39,832 nt of DNA from Octopus bimaculoides. Lineage: Eukaryota. Below, in pieces: positions 22,510 to 34,844 of this stretch. The stretch is taken from the NCBI RefSeq assembly GCF_001194135.2, contig NC_069006.1, forward strand, positions 16,700,090 through 16,739,921, written 5' to 3'. Each line of letters begins with the position of its first letter. Positions within the stretch are counted from its first letter, which is position 1. The translations under genes were made by a program, and so were the position numbers. The notes below the pieces were generated by a model. The model had not been told where the DNA came from. It searched no databases and saw nothing but the letters and a program-made list of their open reading frames with translations.

Positions 22510-23761
22510 TGCATGCCTCTTCAATAACACACAATAGAACTCTTTTGCATTTATCACAACCTCTTTATTTTGCAAAATAGATTGCCAAATTGCACCACCA
22601 ACACCATCCACAGGTCCCTTTCCATGTACAGTCTCAAAAAATGGTCATGAAGCTTCTGCACCAAAGTCATGCGCATGATAAAGCAAGTTTGCCAAGGTGT
22701 ACTTGTTGTTGAACTGAGAGCCAGCACCATCACTCCAGTGGTGTATTTTGGAGACCTGGGTTAATTGCTTAACCTTATTGACAATGGCTGTTGAAAGCAA
22801 AGACACTGCACTTTTCATGCTTCATGTCATCAGAAACAATTACATATGATGCATGCTCAAGTTCACCTTCATCCTTGAAGTAAGCCATCGCAGTGAAGAG
22901 AGTGACCATGTCACTGGACCAGTGAGCTGCCATCACTTCTTTCTGGTACTTCAGTTGAAAATTTTCTGAAAAATCTTCTTGAATGATCACTTCACCAGTT
23001 TTCAGGTTTTCATTCAGGAACTTGAGCTCTGCAAACTGCTGCTTAATGTTGTAAATGTGTCTGCTGAACGGCTGTAGTTGCTCCACAAGATCTTTTGCCT
23101 CAGCAATTGTGCATTCTCAAAACAGCTTTTTCACTCACTTATCTTCGCCAGTCACCCACTAATAAGACACCAAAGAATCTTCATTAGCATCAGCAAACAC
23201 TATTGGCTCAGTAACACCACATTTTGGACATTCTCTGTCTACACAACATATCTGCTCAAGACTGCAGACTGTTTGCATTAGGACTTCACATTTTTTCTGC
23301 AACAGACTTCCTCTCTGCAACAAAGAAATACTTATGTAGCTTGGACAGAACAAAAACACATCTGGCCATTTTGAAAACATTACTGAGTAGCTCTGGCCTA
23401 AAAACAGAGGTTCTGAAATGCAAGTTCTGAATTGGCCATTTGTGTGAGAACTAACAAGTCTTAAAGACCTTAAAATGTTGCGGAGGGGAAAATCATTTAT
23501 TGGACAAGTAATGCTGCTGTTTCTCTGAAGAACATTTAGGTTTTCAATATTACTGAATATTTGTTCTCTTGAAGAGTCCATGTCTTAGTATTTTTAACCA
23601 GTTAAAGTTTTTTCTATTTCTGTCTAGCAAGAAAAAAAAAAACATTTTCCACTCCGCAACGGCCAAAATTAGAAATTATGAAAATTATGATAATTTATGC
23701 ATAAGCAACAGTAGACCGACAATCATTTTTCGAAAGTCCTTACACATGCCACGGGCACAAG
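22510..23761 (-). mobile_element. Decayed DDD/E transposase, Sola2-like (subfamily tentative)
   Basis: Broken frames give IIQEDFSENFQLKYQKEVMAAHW...YVIVSDD, then HHWSDGAGSQFNNKY and FFETVHGKGPVDGVGG, plus an upstream Cys-rich segment (CSLEQICCVDRECPKC). Stops and frameshifts are present, and the upstream end runs into a gap. Confidence 0.75.
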
Positions 23762-23974
23762 NNNNNNNNNNNNNNNNNNNNNNNNNNNNNNNNNNNNNNN
23801 NNNNNNNNNNNNNNNNNNNNNNNNNNNNNNNNNNNNNNNNNNNNNNNNNNNNNNNNNNNNNNNNNNNNNNNNNNNNNNNNNNNNNNNNNNNNNNNNNNNN
23901 NNNNNNNNNNNNNNNNNNNNNNNNNNNNNNNNNNNNNNNNNNNNNNNNNNNNNNNNNAATTTAGTTCAGTTTCG

Positions 23975-24029
<55 letters not shown>

Positions 24030-24190
24030 CAACAACAACAACATCGAAAAATACCTAAGGAATGAGAACCCAGGTTCAAAATTTCCCCAACAGACTTGAT
24101 GAAGGCTGGAGGATGTATCAGCTGAAACGTTGTGTTAACAACAAACATGACGAGGACAAATATCCGTCAAATGTAAATAATGTAACTAAT
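23975..24190 (+). mobile_element. SINE family D copy lacking the tRNA head, with hammerhead motif at 24091-24136
   Basis: Near-identical to the reverse complement of 32355-32500 (atcgaaaaatacc...gagaaccc...tttcccca...gatgaaggctgga...aaacgttgtgttaacaacaaac...gaggacaaatatccgtcaaatgtaaataat). Confidence 0.8.
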
Positions 24191-25211
24191 GTAAATAGAC
24201 AATGTAGTCTTAAATTCACTATATGAGAATAAGAAACAGAATGGTCACAGCCAGAATATCTTTGATCATAGAAATGCTAGATCAGGGTTTAACCTCAGGC
24301 TAAGCAACAGTACACTACAGACATACGAATGTATTGATACTTTCAGCATGTTTCATGCAATCGATCGTTTTCACACTGAACAAATAAATCAACCATGATT
24401 CATCACTGAAGTTTTAATTATCAGAAATATTTTATGGTTAGAGAAAAAGGAATTTATCAGTAAATTTGGTGGTGGTGGTGGTGGTTGTGTCTAGGAGTAC
24501 ATTGTTTAATGTGTCTTTTCTTTATTCAAGACAATGGTGTATGTTGTGTGTGTGCTTGTGTATAGCTGCTTTTCTAGAAGGCCGTCTGACAATATAGACC
24601 CTCCTTCTTTGTTGTTTAACCCCAGGCCAATTTTAACTGAGCAGACACATCATTGAAGCCATTCCAGCCATGTATTTCATCTATTCCCTATGCGCCGAGA
24701 ATCCACATTATTGAATGCGTCTTCTTTTTTTAAACAGTACAGCACAATTTGAGGGAGATTTAGCCGTTATTTCTACCAAGATGAGCAAATATATAGAGGG
24801 TCCCTTGTTAGCATGGACTAGTAGAGCTCATATCTCTATATGGTGTTTAGTTGCATTTCTTTACATTCAAAGTGCATTCAGAGTCCAAATCCTGCTGAAG
24901 TCAATTTTAACTTTGATCTTTCTGAAGGAGGTGGTGTTTGATAAACCAATCAAATCTGGGGTTGATTATTATTCTTTGTCTACTTTCAGCCAACAGGCTG
25001 TGGTCATGCTGGGGTACCGTAATAATTATTATTCAAAGAGGTGGATTGGTAGAATCAGGAGACCATCCATACAAAAAAAAAAAAAAAAATTCAGTATTTA
25101 GTCATATTTATATTCTGAGTTCAAATCCAGTTGAATAAAGTTGACTTTATTTTAATGATCCAGGAAATATGAACAATAAAGTACCTGCCATATACTACAG
25201 TCCATCGAATA

Positions 25212-25560
25212 CAGGGGCTCTCAACCGGGTTCATATAAGACTTTTAGAGGCCCATGGATGCAATATAATAAATTGAGGTCCGTGGTAATTATTTAGGGGC
25301 CATGAAAAAATTGTGCTCCATACCAGTACAGTTTATATGAAATTATTGGTTATACATCCACTATTGTGGATGTATAACCAATTTATTGCATATAAAATTT
25401 TTACTGCAAAAAATATTTTAACAATTTTTATGTAAGTTCTAATAATATTTAATTATAAAAATACAATAGGATTTTTTGAACAGCGACTGGCGAGGAGGGT
25501 CCATCCGAGTAAAATAGGAATCAAAGGGGTCCATAGGTAAGAAATGGTTGAGAACTCCTG
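25212..25560 (+). mobile_element. hAT MITE
   Basis: TIRs CAGGGGCTCTCAACC / GGTTGAGAACTCCTG (13 of 15 match). Degenerate 8-bp TSD ATCGAATA / ATGTAATA. Confidence 0.82.
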
Positions 25561-25775
25561 ATGTAATAGACCAAACCCACTCTCAATATGCAGCCTGGTA
25601 ACTCTGTTACAAATTAGTGGAAATACTAATGTTATTACTGGAAATAATTAAAATTTTAAAAAGAAAAAAGTTTAAATGCTTAGAAATAACCAGATATATT
25701 TCATAGGGAATGGAATAAATGTATTTAGTATGAGAGAGGTGGGAGGGAAAGTTAGAGGGAGACAGACATACATAC

Positions 25776-25815
<40 letters not shown>

Positions 25816-26820
25816 GGTGTGTTTAGGAGAGTGAAAGTGATAAAGAGAGTGAGAGAGAATAAGTGAGAGAAAGTGATGAGTGAATGACAAAAAAAGTAGA
25901 GAGTAACAGATAGTGACAGGCTGAGAGGAAGAAAGAAAAATAAGGGCCTTATTTTTATTTTTATTACTGCGTGACAGAAGGGCAGAAAGTGAGAGACAAA
26001 GAGAAACAGTAAAACTGAAGGTATTAGTAACACTAGATATTAGAGCAGAAATATCAACATTGAATGTGGTGATGGCAATGGGAGCATTTTAGAAGTATGG
26101 CATGTTTTATTTTTATACAAATTTTGGACCCATCCCTATTGCTAAGCTCCTGTAAATTAGTTAACTGGGTAGCCAGTCCAGCTGGTAGAGAGTCTATTTA
26201 AGGAGACAATATCAACACACAATCTCAGCTCCTATGAACAAGTTAACTTTCTTCACCCTGCAGATCTCTCTCACTACACACATGGTCACCACTCAAATAC
26301 TTAACCACCAAAGATCAAGCTCAACACCAACCTAGTCATTCTGGCAGACAGGAAGGACCTACAAGAGACGCAGGCAGTTCCCTTCTTCTCACAGACTAAT
26401 TATAATAATCATATAAAAACAGTCACCGTGACGATGCCAATGAGTCAAAGGATCCAAACGACAATATTAGCCTGACTATGATTAACACAGAAATGCCACA
26501 TTTAATTAAGAGTTCAGTAATTTATAATTTATGTATTAGTCAGTTGTAATTTAAAGAGACAACTAATACCAACAACTATATGCTCTTTTACTGGTGTCAG
26601 TTACCAGAATGCAGCCATGTTTGAGACACTGCCTTGAAGGGATTTATTTGCTCACACAGATCCCATCACTTATTTTAGTCTGGTGTTAATGTAGGTCTCA
26701 ATGGAGTGGTTAGGTTACCTTTTGTGTTATAAAGGAATATAATTTGAAACACTAGTTTACATCAGTGCACACACAAACAGACATAAAAAAGAGATGAGTG
26801 TGTCTCTGTGTGTGTGTGTG

Positions 26821-26859
<39 letters not shown>

Positions 26860-27067
26860 GCAGTGAAGTGGGACTGAATCCAAAAATCACATGGCTGCAA
26901 AACAAGCTTCTTAACCACACAGTTCTGCCTATCAAATTTTGATTTTCTAAATTAAAATTAAGAGACATCCCAAGCAGAAATACAATGTCTCACAAGTGCT
27001 GGCTTTTTGTTTGTGTTTATTTTTCATTATGAAAATGAAGTAGGCGAGTACTGAGCCATGGGTTAAT

Positions 27068-27370
27068 ACAATGTCTTCCTAAGTGGGTCCCAAAGAGCCT
27101 GAATCACCTTAAAAATTGTGAGATTTCACAAGATAAGGGGTCCATTAATAAAATTGAATAGAAATTTATTTTATAGAAAATGCTCTTCATTATTTTCAAA
27201 ATAAGTTATTTTGTGGTTATTAATGAATAAATTTTCCAAAACAAATGGTTTCGTTAAATGCTTTATAAAAATTAGATTGGTAGCAATTGTCCATAAAATA
27301 ATAGGATTTTAACACAATTTTTGGAAAACTGCGAAAGAGTTCCATTACAAAATAAATTTATGAATCACTA
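27068..27370 (+). mobile_element. Old degenerate hAT-like MITE fragment
   Basis: caatgtcttcctaagtgggtcc start, a ggggtccat internal motif and an AT-rich body resembling the other hAT MITEs. TIRs are poorly preserved. Confidence 0.35.
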
Positions 27371-27585
27371 GGTGGTGAACTGGCAGAATCAATAAGGCAA
27401 CAGACAAAATGCTTTGCTGTTTTTAGTAACATCCCTTAGCATTCTGAGTTCAAATCCCACCAAGATGAACTTTGCCTTTCAGCATTCTAAGGTCAATAAA
27501 ATAAAATATCAGTCTAGTGATGGTGTTGAATTAATCAATTTATCCTTCCTTCCAAATTTCAGACTTTCTACCAATGTTAAAAATC
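27370..27585 (+). mobile_element. SINE family B, older copy
   Basis: ggtggtgaactggcagaatc...cattctgagttcaaatccc...aactttgcctttca. Confidence 0.75.
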
Positions 27586-27821
27586 AGTATTGATTAATGA
27601 GACATGAAAGACAGGTTCAATATACAGTGGAGGATAAGTGGATGGATGAATGAAGACACTGATGGCATACGGGTATGAAAGATAAGAGTTTTGCAAGAGA
27701 ATAAGGACATAGAGGTATGAGAAAGGGCAACACAATTAATAATTGATATTAGAAAGAGTTTTGTGGTTGGAGGGGTGAATGGGTGTTTGGCATCAAGCAG
27801 CATACAATGAGCCAGACAAAC

Positions 27822-27911
27822 CTAAGGAGTTTCTGGAGCTTCTAAACTGAGCTGCTGAGGGACTCAGTCTTCCACTGATGTAGAGTTTTCTTGAGTTTCG
27901 AGTGACCACTC
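27822..27911 (-). CDS. Candidate 90-nt cassette exon of the myosin-XVIII N-terminal region (VVTRNSRKLYISGRLSPSAAQFRSSRNSL, phase 1/1)
   Basis: Branch-like gctaat, acceptor ttgccttctttag|GA, donor TTAG|gtttgt. It is open only in the frame that joins the PDZ exon, and is GC-richer than its flanks. Confidence 0.42.
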
Positions 27912-28334
27912 CTAAAGAAGGCAACACTTTAGACAGGTCAATTAGCAACATAATTAGGTCAACATGGGGAATGAAACAGTGACTGGACTTTACAATACAA
28001 ACAGCAATTAGTATCATCATCATCATCAAAATACAATCAACATCACCCTTGTCATTGATCATATAATCATTATCAACATCATCAATATCATCATGAGTGG
28101 AAGTCAAATAAAATGAGATAAAGAATCACATCAAAGCAATATAGAAAAAACATTAAATTAGGGAAAGGGTATCAATGTCGTTATTTTCTGGCACTTAATG
28201 TTCTGAGTTCAAATACTTCCAAGGTCAATCCTCCAGGATTGATAAAATAGGGGACAACAGTACCAACAAGGAGTCTTTGAGAGGGGAGGAAGCATTGAAG
28301 GAAGTGATCTTGTCAGATGATGAAAAATTAGTGT

Positions 28335-28650
28335 GTGACAGAGAGGCAGAAACAGATGTCTTGCTGTAGAGGAGGTCCATGGTTACCCAGCCACAGAAAT
28401 GGAGACAGGGACGATAAGAAAGAGAGTGACAGTTAACAAGAATGAGGGCAGAAACAGTTACTTAGAGAGAGAGAGAGTGAGAGTTAACAAGAGGTGTGCT
28501 GCGGTAAAGGAGATAAATGGTCACCTAGCCAGAGGTAAGGAGCAAAGGAAGGAGGGAGAGAAAGTGATCAAGAATGAGGGCAGAAACAGATTTGTTACTG
28601 TAGAGGAGATACATGATTATTCATCCAGAGGAGAGAGAGAGAGAGAGATC
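28335..28650. repeat. ~70-bp tandem units (gaaacagatgt.ttgctgtagaggag..catggttacccagcc), related to 29420-29570
   Basis: Four to five decayed units; the same units occur inside the 29028-29730 element. Confidence 0.65.
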
Positions 28651-29027
28651 TGAAATGTTCAGCAGGAGTAGACACATGGTCAGATTCCTTTTATCAAATT
28701 GGAGGGTACCACCTACTCCAGACTGAGTTGATGTCTCGCAGACTTTGACATATTTTCTCTTATTTGTATTTAACGATATGTCTAGTCAGGCGACTTTTCA
28801 AATGGTACCTTGCTCAATAAACTTGGTTTCGCTTGGTTCAATTATACAGCATGTCATTATTTGCCTGCTCAACTCAACAAACACTGAAGAATTCCTGATG
28901 TAAATCCAGTGGTATTTATATCAATACTGTGGATGGCATCAGGTAGCCATAGACAGAGAATGTTCTTTAATCAGCATATTGTCATGTATATGCCCAAGTT
29001 TTTATTAACTACATATATGTATATACG

Positions 29028-29730
29028 TCATCATCATCATTGTTTAACGTCTACTTTCCATGCTGGTATGGGTAGGACAGTTTGACAGGAGTTGGCCAGG
29101 CAGAAGACAACACCAGACTTCTGTCTGTTTTGGCAGAAATTTTATGGCTGGATGCCCTTCCTAACACCAACCACCCAGCAGAGTGGATTAAGTGCTTTTT
29201 ACATGGCACTTGCACAGGTGAGGTCAGTTTTGGCAAGGTTTTTACAGCTGGGTACCCTTCCAAATGCCAACTACTTTACAATGTGGACTGGATGGTTTTT
29301 TACATGACATCAGCACTGGCAGAGGGGGGAGGTCACCATGTAACTTGCAAGACAAAGATCCTTTGAGTGGGGAGGGGGAGGCGATGATCTTGTGTCAGAT
29401 GAAGAAAGGGTATAGTGGGATAGAGAGACAGAAACAAATGCTGTGCTATAGAGGCAGTACATGGTTACCCGGCCACAGAGAGAGAGAGGGAGAGTGGACC
29501 AGGATTGAGGACAGAAACAGGTGTGCTGCTGTAAAGAAGACACATGGTTACCCAGCCTGAGGGAAGAGCAAGAGGAGAATGGGAGACAGCAAGAGTGCAA
29601 GAAAGCAGGAGAGTGCCAAGCATACTCACAAGGGTTGGGGATCAGAATATAAATGGGATGGTCAAGTAAAAGGAGAGAGAGAGAGAGAGAGATGGTGGCA
29701 AGTGCCAGGGCATACCCTTGAGGTATGGAG
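29028..29730 (-). mobile_element. RTE-type element 3' region with (GAT)n tail and internal ~70-bp repeats
   Basis: (TCA)n-ttgtttaacgtc.actttccatgctgg...ggctggatgcccttcctaacacc..., the reverse complement of the 10960 tail family. Confidence 0.75.
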
Positions 29731-29939
29731 GTCATAATATTACATACATATATAAGTGTGCATGTGTACGTAAGGTACTCAACATGGCCTCAGCACAACA
29801 CTGAACTCAGGTGAGATAGGTAGAGAAAGAGACGGGAGGCAGTGGAAGTGCTTCGCTTACTGTAAACATCCTATAATAAACAGTGAATAGTGCGATTTAG
29901 CTTGGAAAAAAAGCTAACAGCTACCATGGCAACAGACAA

Positions 29940-30082
29940 GTGGTAGTGGTAGTAGTAGTAGTAGTAGTGGTAGTAGCAGCAGCAGCAGTAGTAGTAGCAG
30001 AAGTAGTGATGGTGGTGGTGGTGGTAGTAGTAGTAGTGGTGGTGGTGGTGGTGGTGGTAGTAGTAGTAGTAGCAGAAGTAGC

Positions 30083-30135
<53 letters not shown>

Positions 30136-30147
30136 CAGCAGAAGTAA

Positions 30148-30201
<54 letters not shown>

Positions 30202-30213
30202 CAGCAGAAGTAA

Positions 30214-30266
<53 letters not shown>

Positions 30267-30270
30267 AGGT
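29940..30270. repeat. Compound (TAG/TGG/CAG)n trinucleotide array
   Basis: Read directly; it produces the poly-V, poly-T, poly-L and poly-Y ORFs. Confidence 0.97.
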
Positions 30271-32354
30271 GATGATGATAATGGCAATGCAATTGTTGCT
30301 ATTACTAGCAGCAGTCACTGTGACAACATATTGTGTGGCTGTCCAGCTTAACAATTTCAGTGGAGGAAAACAGTGTGTGTGTGTACAGACCTGGAGGGTA
30401 TGTGCATACAGAGCTGTTTGCAATTGTGTATGTACATAGAGTTGTGTGAATGAGCATAGAGCTGTTGTGTGTGATGGGGTTTGTCATTACTGTATGAATA
30501 CCTCAGGACATTGACACCTATCTGCACCACGGCCACCACTACAGTGGGCAACAACAATAGCATCCACATCACCACCATCATGACAATAACCCAATTTCTA
30601 AATGACATGGTAGAAATAGCAACCAAATTACCCTCAGATCACACCCCACTATCTCAGGGAGACATTGAATCCTGACATACAAAATGATGAGGTGGTCATG
30701 ACTGGAATAAATTTGATCTGTGGCTAAACAACATTATCATATATCTTCACCACCTACGTGAAAGTATATGTCATAGTGGCAAAGGTGTTCAGCATAAAAC
30801 ACTTCAGAGATACCTGTTGATGATGCAGATGGGTTTTCAACATTGCAATAGCTTTACTCACGATCAGGAAGAAAACTTGCAATATTTCTAAGTAGTTCTT
30901 TGCAGTTTCTGCACGAAGCAAAAGCTTCTCTGACATCCTTCATATGTCTCATCATATTACAGAAATGTCACTTCTTATGTAATACAATACAGAATACAAT
31001 AGAATTTGAAAGGACTAGAAATCATTTAGTCCCTAGAGCAGTCCTGATTCATGAGAGTGTAATCAAAGGTATTCCAGTCGTGGCCATTCCGTCTTTTATT
31101 CAGAGATAGTGTATCTAAGCGTCCTCTGCTTTTTAAGATAGCAAAGCGTAATTTAGAAGTGTTTCCAACATCTTTCATTGATGGCAGACAAACCAAACCT
31201 ACTACAGTATGTTTGTTTTAGTATATAAATAATATGACAACTTGTTTATTGAAAAATTTGTAAGTTCAATTTTAGGTATTTATACTCTGGTGAAATTAAG
31301 AAATCTACTCATAAATAAACAAAACCCTCCAATCCATCTCTGTGTATATACACACACACACACACACACACACAGAGTTGCATATCTATGTATGTACCCA
31401 CATGTGTCTATGTGCATAGGTCCATGTCTATACACACACACACACACACACAGATGATTGAATCAAATGATTTGTGTGTGTGTGTATGTACTGTTCCGTG
31501 ATGGTAAGATCAACAACAAAAGTACTCCAACCAGTGAGAAATAGTATTTAATAATATTTAATAGACATAAATACATGTTTTTTATGTATCTAGTAATAGA
31601 TTCTTGTGCTGAGAACATGCCAAAACGATGCATACCCTGCATGCACATAGATTCTTTCATAAAAAATCTGCAAACATTTTGATTCACCCGTCTGTCAGTT
31701 TTGAAGATAATCAAACCAAACTTTCATTTCGAGCCACTCACCCAATTAGTATTTCTACCAAATTTGGTGAAAATCCATTTAGCTGTTTTCCAGTAATTTT
31801 GTAATTACACAAAGACGAATGATTACAATATCCTGCTTTTGCTTATGCGCACAAGGTAAAAAAATGAAAAAGATCAAGTGACCAAAGTAAAGATTAAAAA
31901 CTGCATGGAAGAGAACAGAATAATGGGTGGCAGAACAGTTCATAAATGAAAATGACAGATACCCAGTGTTAGACCCATTGATGTGGTATGATAAACCATC
32001 ATTCAAACACAGTGTGAGTTAATGGCCATGTTATTAATGCAACTGATAAAGTACTTTCCCAAAAGAATGAGTCACTGTTGAACTTCAAAAGGATACGCAT
32101 AAGGACAGGATAAGAAAAAGTCAAGTTATTTGACAAAGTAGTGTTTTGTATATGATAAGAAATTAAATTTCACAAGTGTCAAAGTATGAAGTCTGTTTGT
32201 GTTATTGAAGAGTAAAAGATTTCTTTCATAAGTAGGTAGGTGGTACTTTTAGTGATAACTATAACACTAGGGAGTGTATGTCTCTCTTGAAGTTATGTTC
32301 TAGACTTAATCTTGTTATTTTAAAATTATTGACACTGAAGTTAGAGGTCAACTA

Positions 32355-32587
32355 TATTATTTACATTTGACGGATATTTGTCCTCATCTTGTTTGTTGTT
32401 AACACAACGTTTTGGCTGATATACACTCCAGCCTTCATCAGGTGTCTTGGGGAAATTTCGAACTTGGGTTCTCATTCTTAAGGTATTTTTCGATATAATT
32501 ATTATCATTATTATTATTCAGATCACTGCCTGGAATCAAACTCTGAATCTTGGGGTTAGTAGCCCACGCTCTTAACCACTATGCCAT
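32355..32587 (-). mobile_element. tRNA-derived SINE (family D) containing a minimal type-I hammerhead ribozyme motif (32401-32446)
   Basis: A-box TGGCATAGTGG, B-box GTTTGATTCC, an (AAT)n spacer, then GACAC-CTGATGA-A-GGCTG..CAGCC-AAA-ACGT-T-GTGTT. Confidence 0.8.
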
Positions 32588-33204
32588 GTGACTTCTCTTT
32601 ATATAAGGATGAAAATTTCAGAACAGTTGAAAATTAATAAGATATGAGTAGATATTTAACTTTAAAAATGGTTGAGTCCTGCTCTTTGATTATAAGTCTG
32701 CTCAGTGAGGGCTGACCAGGAACTAAACAAGAACAAACTGTCAGATCATACAGGTCTACTCAGCCAGGGATAAAATAACTACTTGACCAGGGATAAAATA
32801 ACAACAGATGGTTGTGCTTCATACTGAAAGATGAAGAAGTGCAATTTTTTCAGTACTGTCCTTAGTGTATGTATCTCAGAGTAGAGTGTCTGATAGTGGA
32901 GACTATGCAGTGCCTGAGGAGTATGCGGTTCCTAGTGTATGAGTGTATGTACACTCCAAGCATATTGAATGACACAGATACACACACACACACAACCTCT
33001 CTCTCCCTCAAAAAATCTCATTAAAAGGGATAATCCAAAAGAAAAAAGCTGTCTATTTTCCCCCAGAAAACTATATTTTCCAAACTGCTGCAGGTTGTAC
33101 AAATATGTAAATCCACACCTTAAGATGTGTTCTTGTAAAAATTACTTGTAATCCATAATGAAGATTGGGTTTCTGAATTCTATTTTGCTTCACTGTAGAC
33201 TATA

Positions 33205-33538
33205 TGCTGTTGTTGTTGGCGCTCCATCGCTTACAGCGTCGAAGGTTCCAGTTAATCTGATCAACGGAACAGCCTGCTCGTGAAATTAACGTGCAAGTGG
33301 CTGAGCACTCCACAGACACGTGTACTCTTAACGTAGTTCTCGGGGATATTCAGCGTGACACAGTGTGACAAGGCTGACCCTTTGAATTACAGGCACAACA
33401 GAAACAGGAAGAAAGAGTGAGAGAAAGTTGTGGTGGAAGAGTACAGCAGGGTATGCCACCATCCCCTGCCGGAGCCTCGTGGAGCTTTAGGTGTTTTCGC
33501 TCAATAAACACTCACAACGCCCGGTCTGGGAATCAAAA
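33205..33538 (-). mobile_element. SINE family A, 5'-truncated, 13-bp TSD
   Basis: Reverse complement of 6310-6630. TSD ACTGTAGACTATA at 33192-33204 and 33539-33551. Confidence 0.92.
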
Positions 33539-33825
33539 ACTGTAGACTATAGTATCAACTCCTTCTCTCCAAGCCCACCTTCAGCTGGAAGTAGGAACTC
33601 TCAGGTTACAAAGAATTTTCAACAATTTCCTTTATGCTAAAATAAGATAGCTATGTCAACAGTCCATAAATTGTTCCAATGGCTAGATATCATTTTAGAT
33701 TACAAATACCATGAAACTTACTACTGCAAATATAACCATTGAAGATCAAGAGGCAAATATAATAAGTGTTATTTAAAATGTTCTAAATAAAAATTAAAAT
33801 TTCAATGAACAAATTCCCAACATTG

Positions 33826-34080
33826 TTTAGGGTTCAATCCCACTGCATGGCACCTAGGGCTAGCGTCTTCTATTATATCCCAAGGCTGACCAATATGTTT
33901 TGGGTGGATTTAGTAGATGGAAAATGAAAGAAGCCCATTGTATATATGTCTGCATATATCTGTCTTAGTGTTTGTGCCACTACTCACAGCCCCACTGCTT
34001 GACAACCACTGTTGATTTGTTTATATCCTTGTAACTTAGCAGTTTCACAAAAAGAGAATGGGAGAAGTTCCAAACTTAAA
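33826..34080 (+). mobile_element. SINE family C, 5'-truncated older copy
   Basis: gggttcaatcccactgcatggcacc...gtggatttagtagatggaaaatgaaagaagccc...gcttgacaaccactgttg. Confidence 0.8.
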
Positions 34081-34811
34081 AATAAGTATTAGATGAAGCA
34101 TGGATAAACAAAGAAAATACTTTCATACAAAAGTGCGAACCAAGACTTAAACTTTCACAGAGTACATACACAAATAACTATTCACACACAAAACTTCATT
34201 CTGCCACTTATCATAAGGAAGCTACACAGCTAACAACCTAAATTTTAGCCACTGGACTACATACAAATGACTCCTGTCCACTCTCCCACCAGACAGATTA
34301 AATTTGGAGTGCCTTGATTATAACTAAACATGTTTACCCAACCGTGACAATCTTCTTTTTAGGTGCAAAATATACTGCCACATGACATTAACACATGAAT
34401 GAAGCAGGAAACTTCATGTGCTCATTCTCTACAAACACTTGACAGAAAGTATTCAGAGCATTGATTGTTTGGACTTGTTCAGTCAACCGTGTCAGCCTTA
34501 ACTTATGACACCAAACATTGTCTTTGATACTAACACACAGACCTAGCAGGAAACCTAGAAACATTTCTAAGACCAGTCTTGTCACTATCCTCTACCAATC
34601 AAATCCCATTCAAAACATATACTAATTTGAGCCATGAACTCCTTATGAAAATAGGGCAAGCTTCAAACACTAGTCAGAAGCAAGACAGCTGCAACATAAG
34701 CTACGTCTTTCTATTTGAACCTTTTGCAAATCAGTGTAAACTGTGAAACCGGTTAAAGCTTTAAATATATTAATAAAAAATATTTTAACTATCTCCAATG
34801 CATTTTCAACT

Positions 34812-34844
<33 letters not shown>

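Noticed and set aside
28640-29010. Moderately GC-rich unique-looking stretch that might be coding
   Set aside because: The frames I translated had frequent stops and no recognisable motif; left unassigned.
29871-30423. Poly-Y, poly-L, poly-T and poly-V ORFs; also the many CVCV/HTHT/YIYI ORFs elsewhere and ORFs spanning N runs
   Set aside because: Translations of microsatellites or assembly gaps.
30861-30907. Minus-strand 47-nt segment between gtgcag and gtgagt
   Set aside because: Not a multiple of three, the acceptor is weak and the peptide is not recognisable.
31826-31900. Minus-strand pyrimidine tract followed by gcag|GATATT|gtaatc
   Set aside because: Competing AGs lie directly upstream and the donor is weak.
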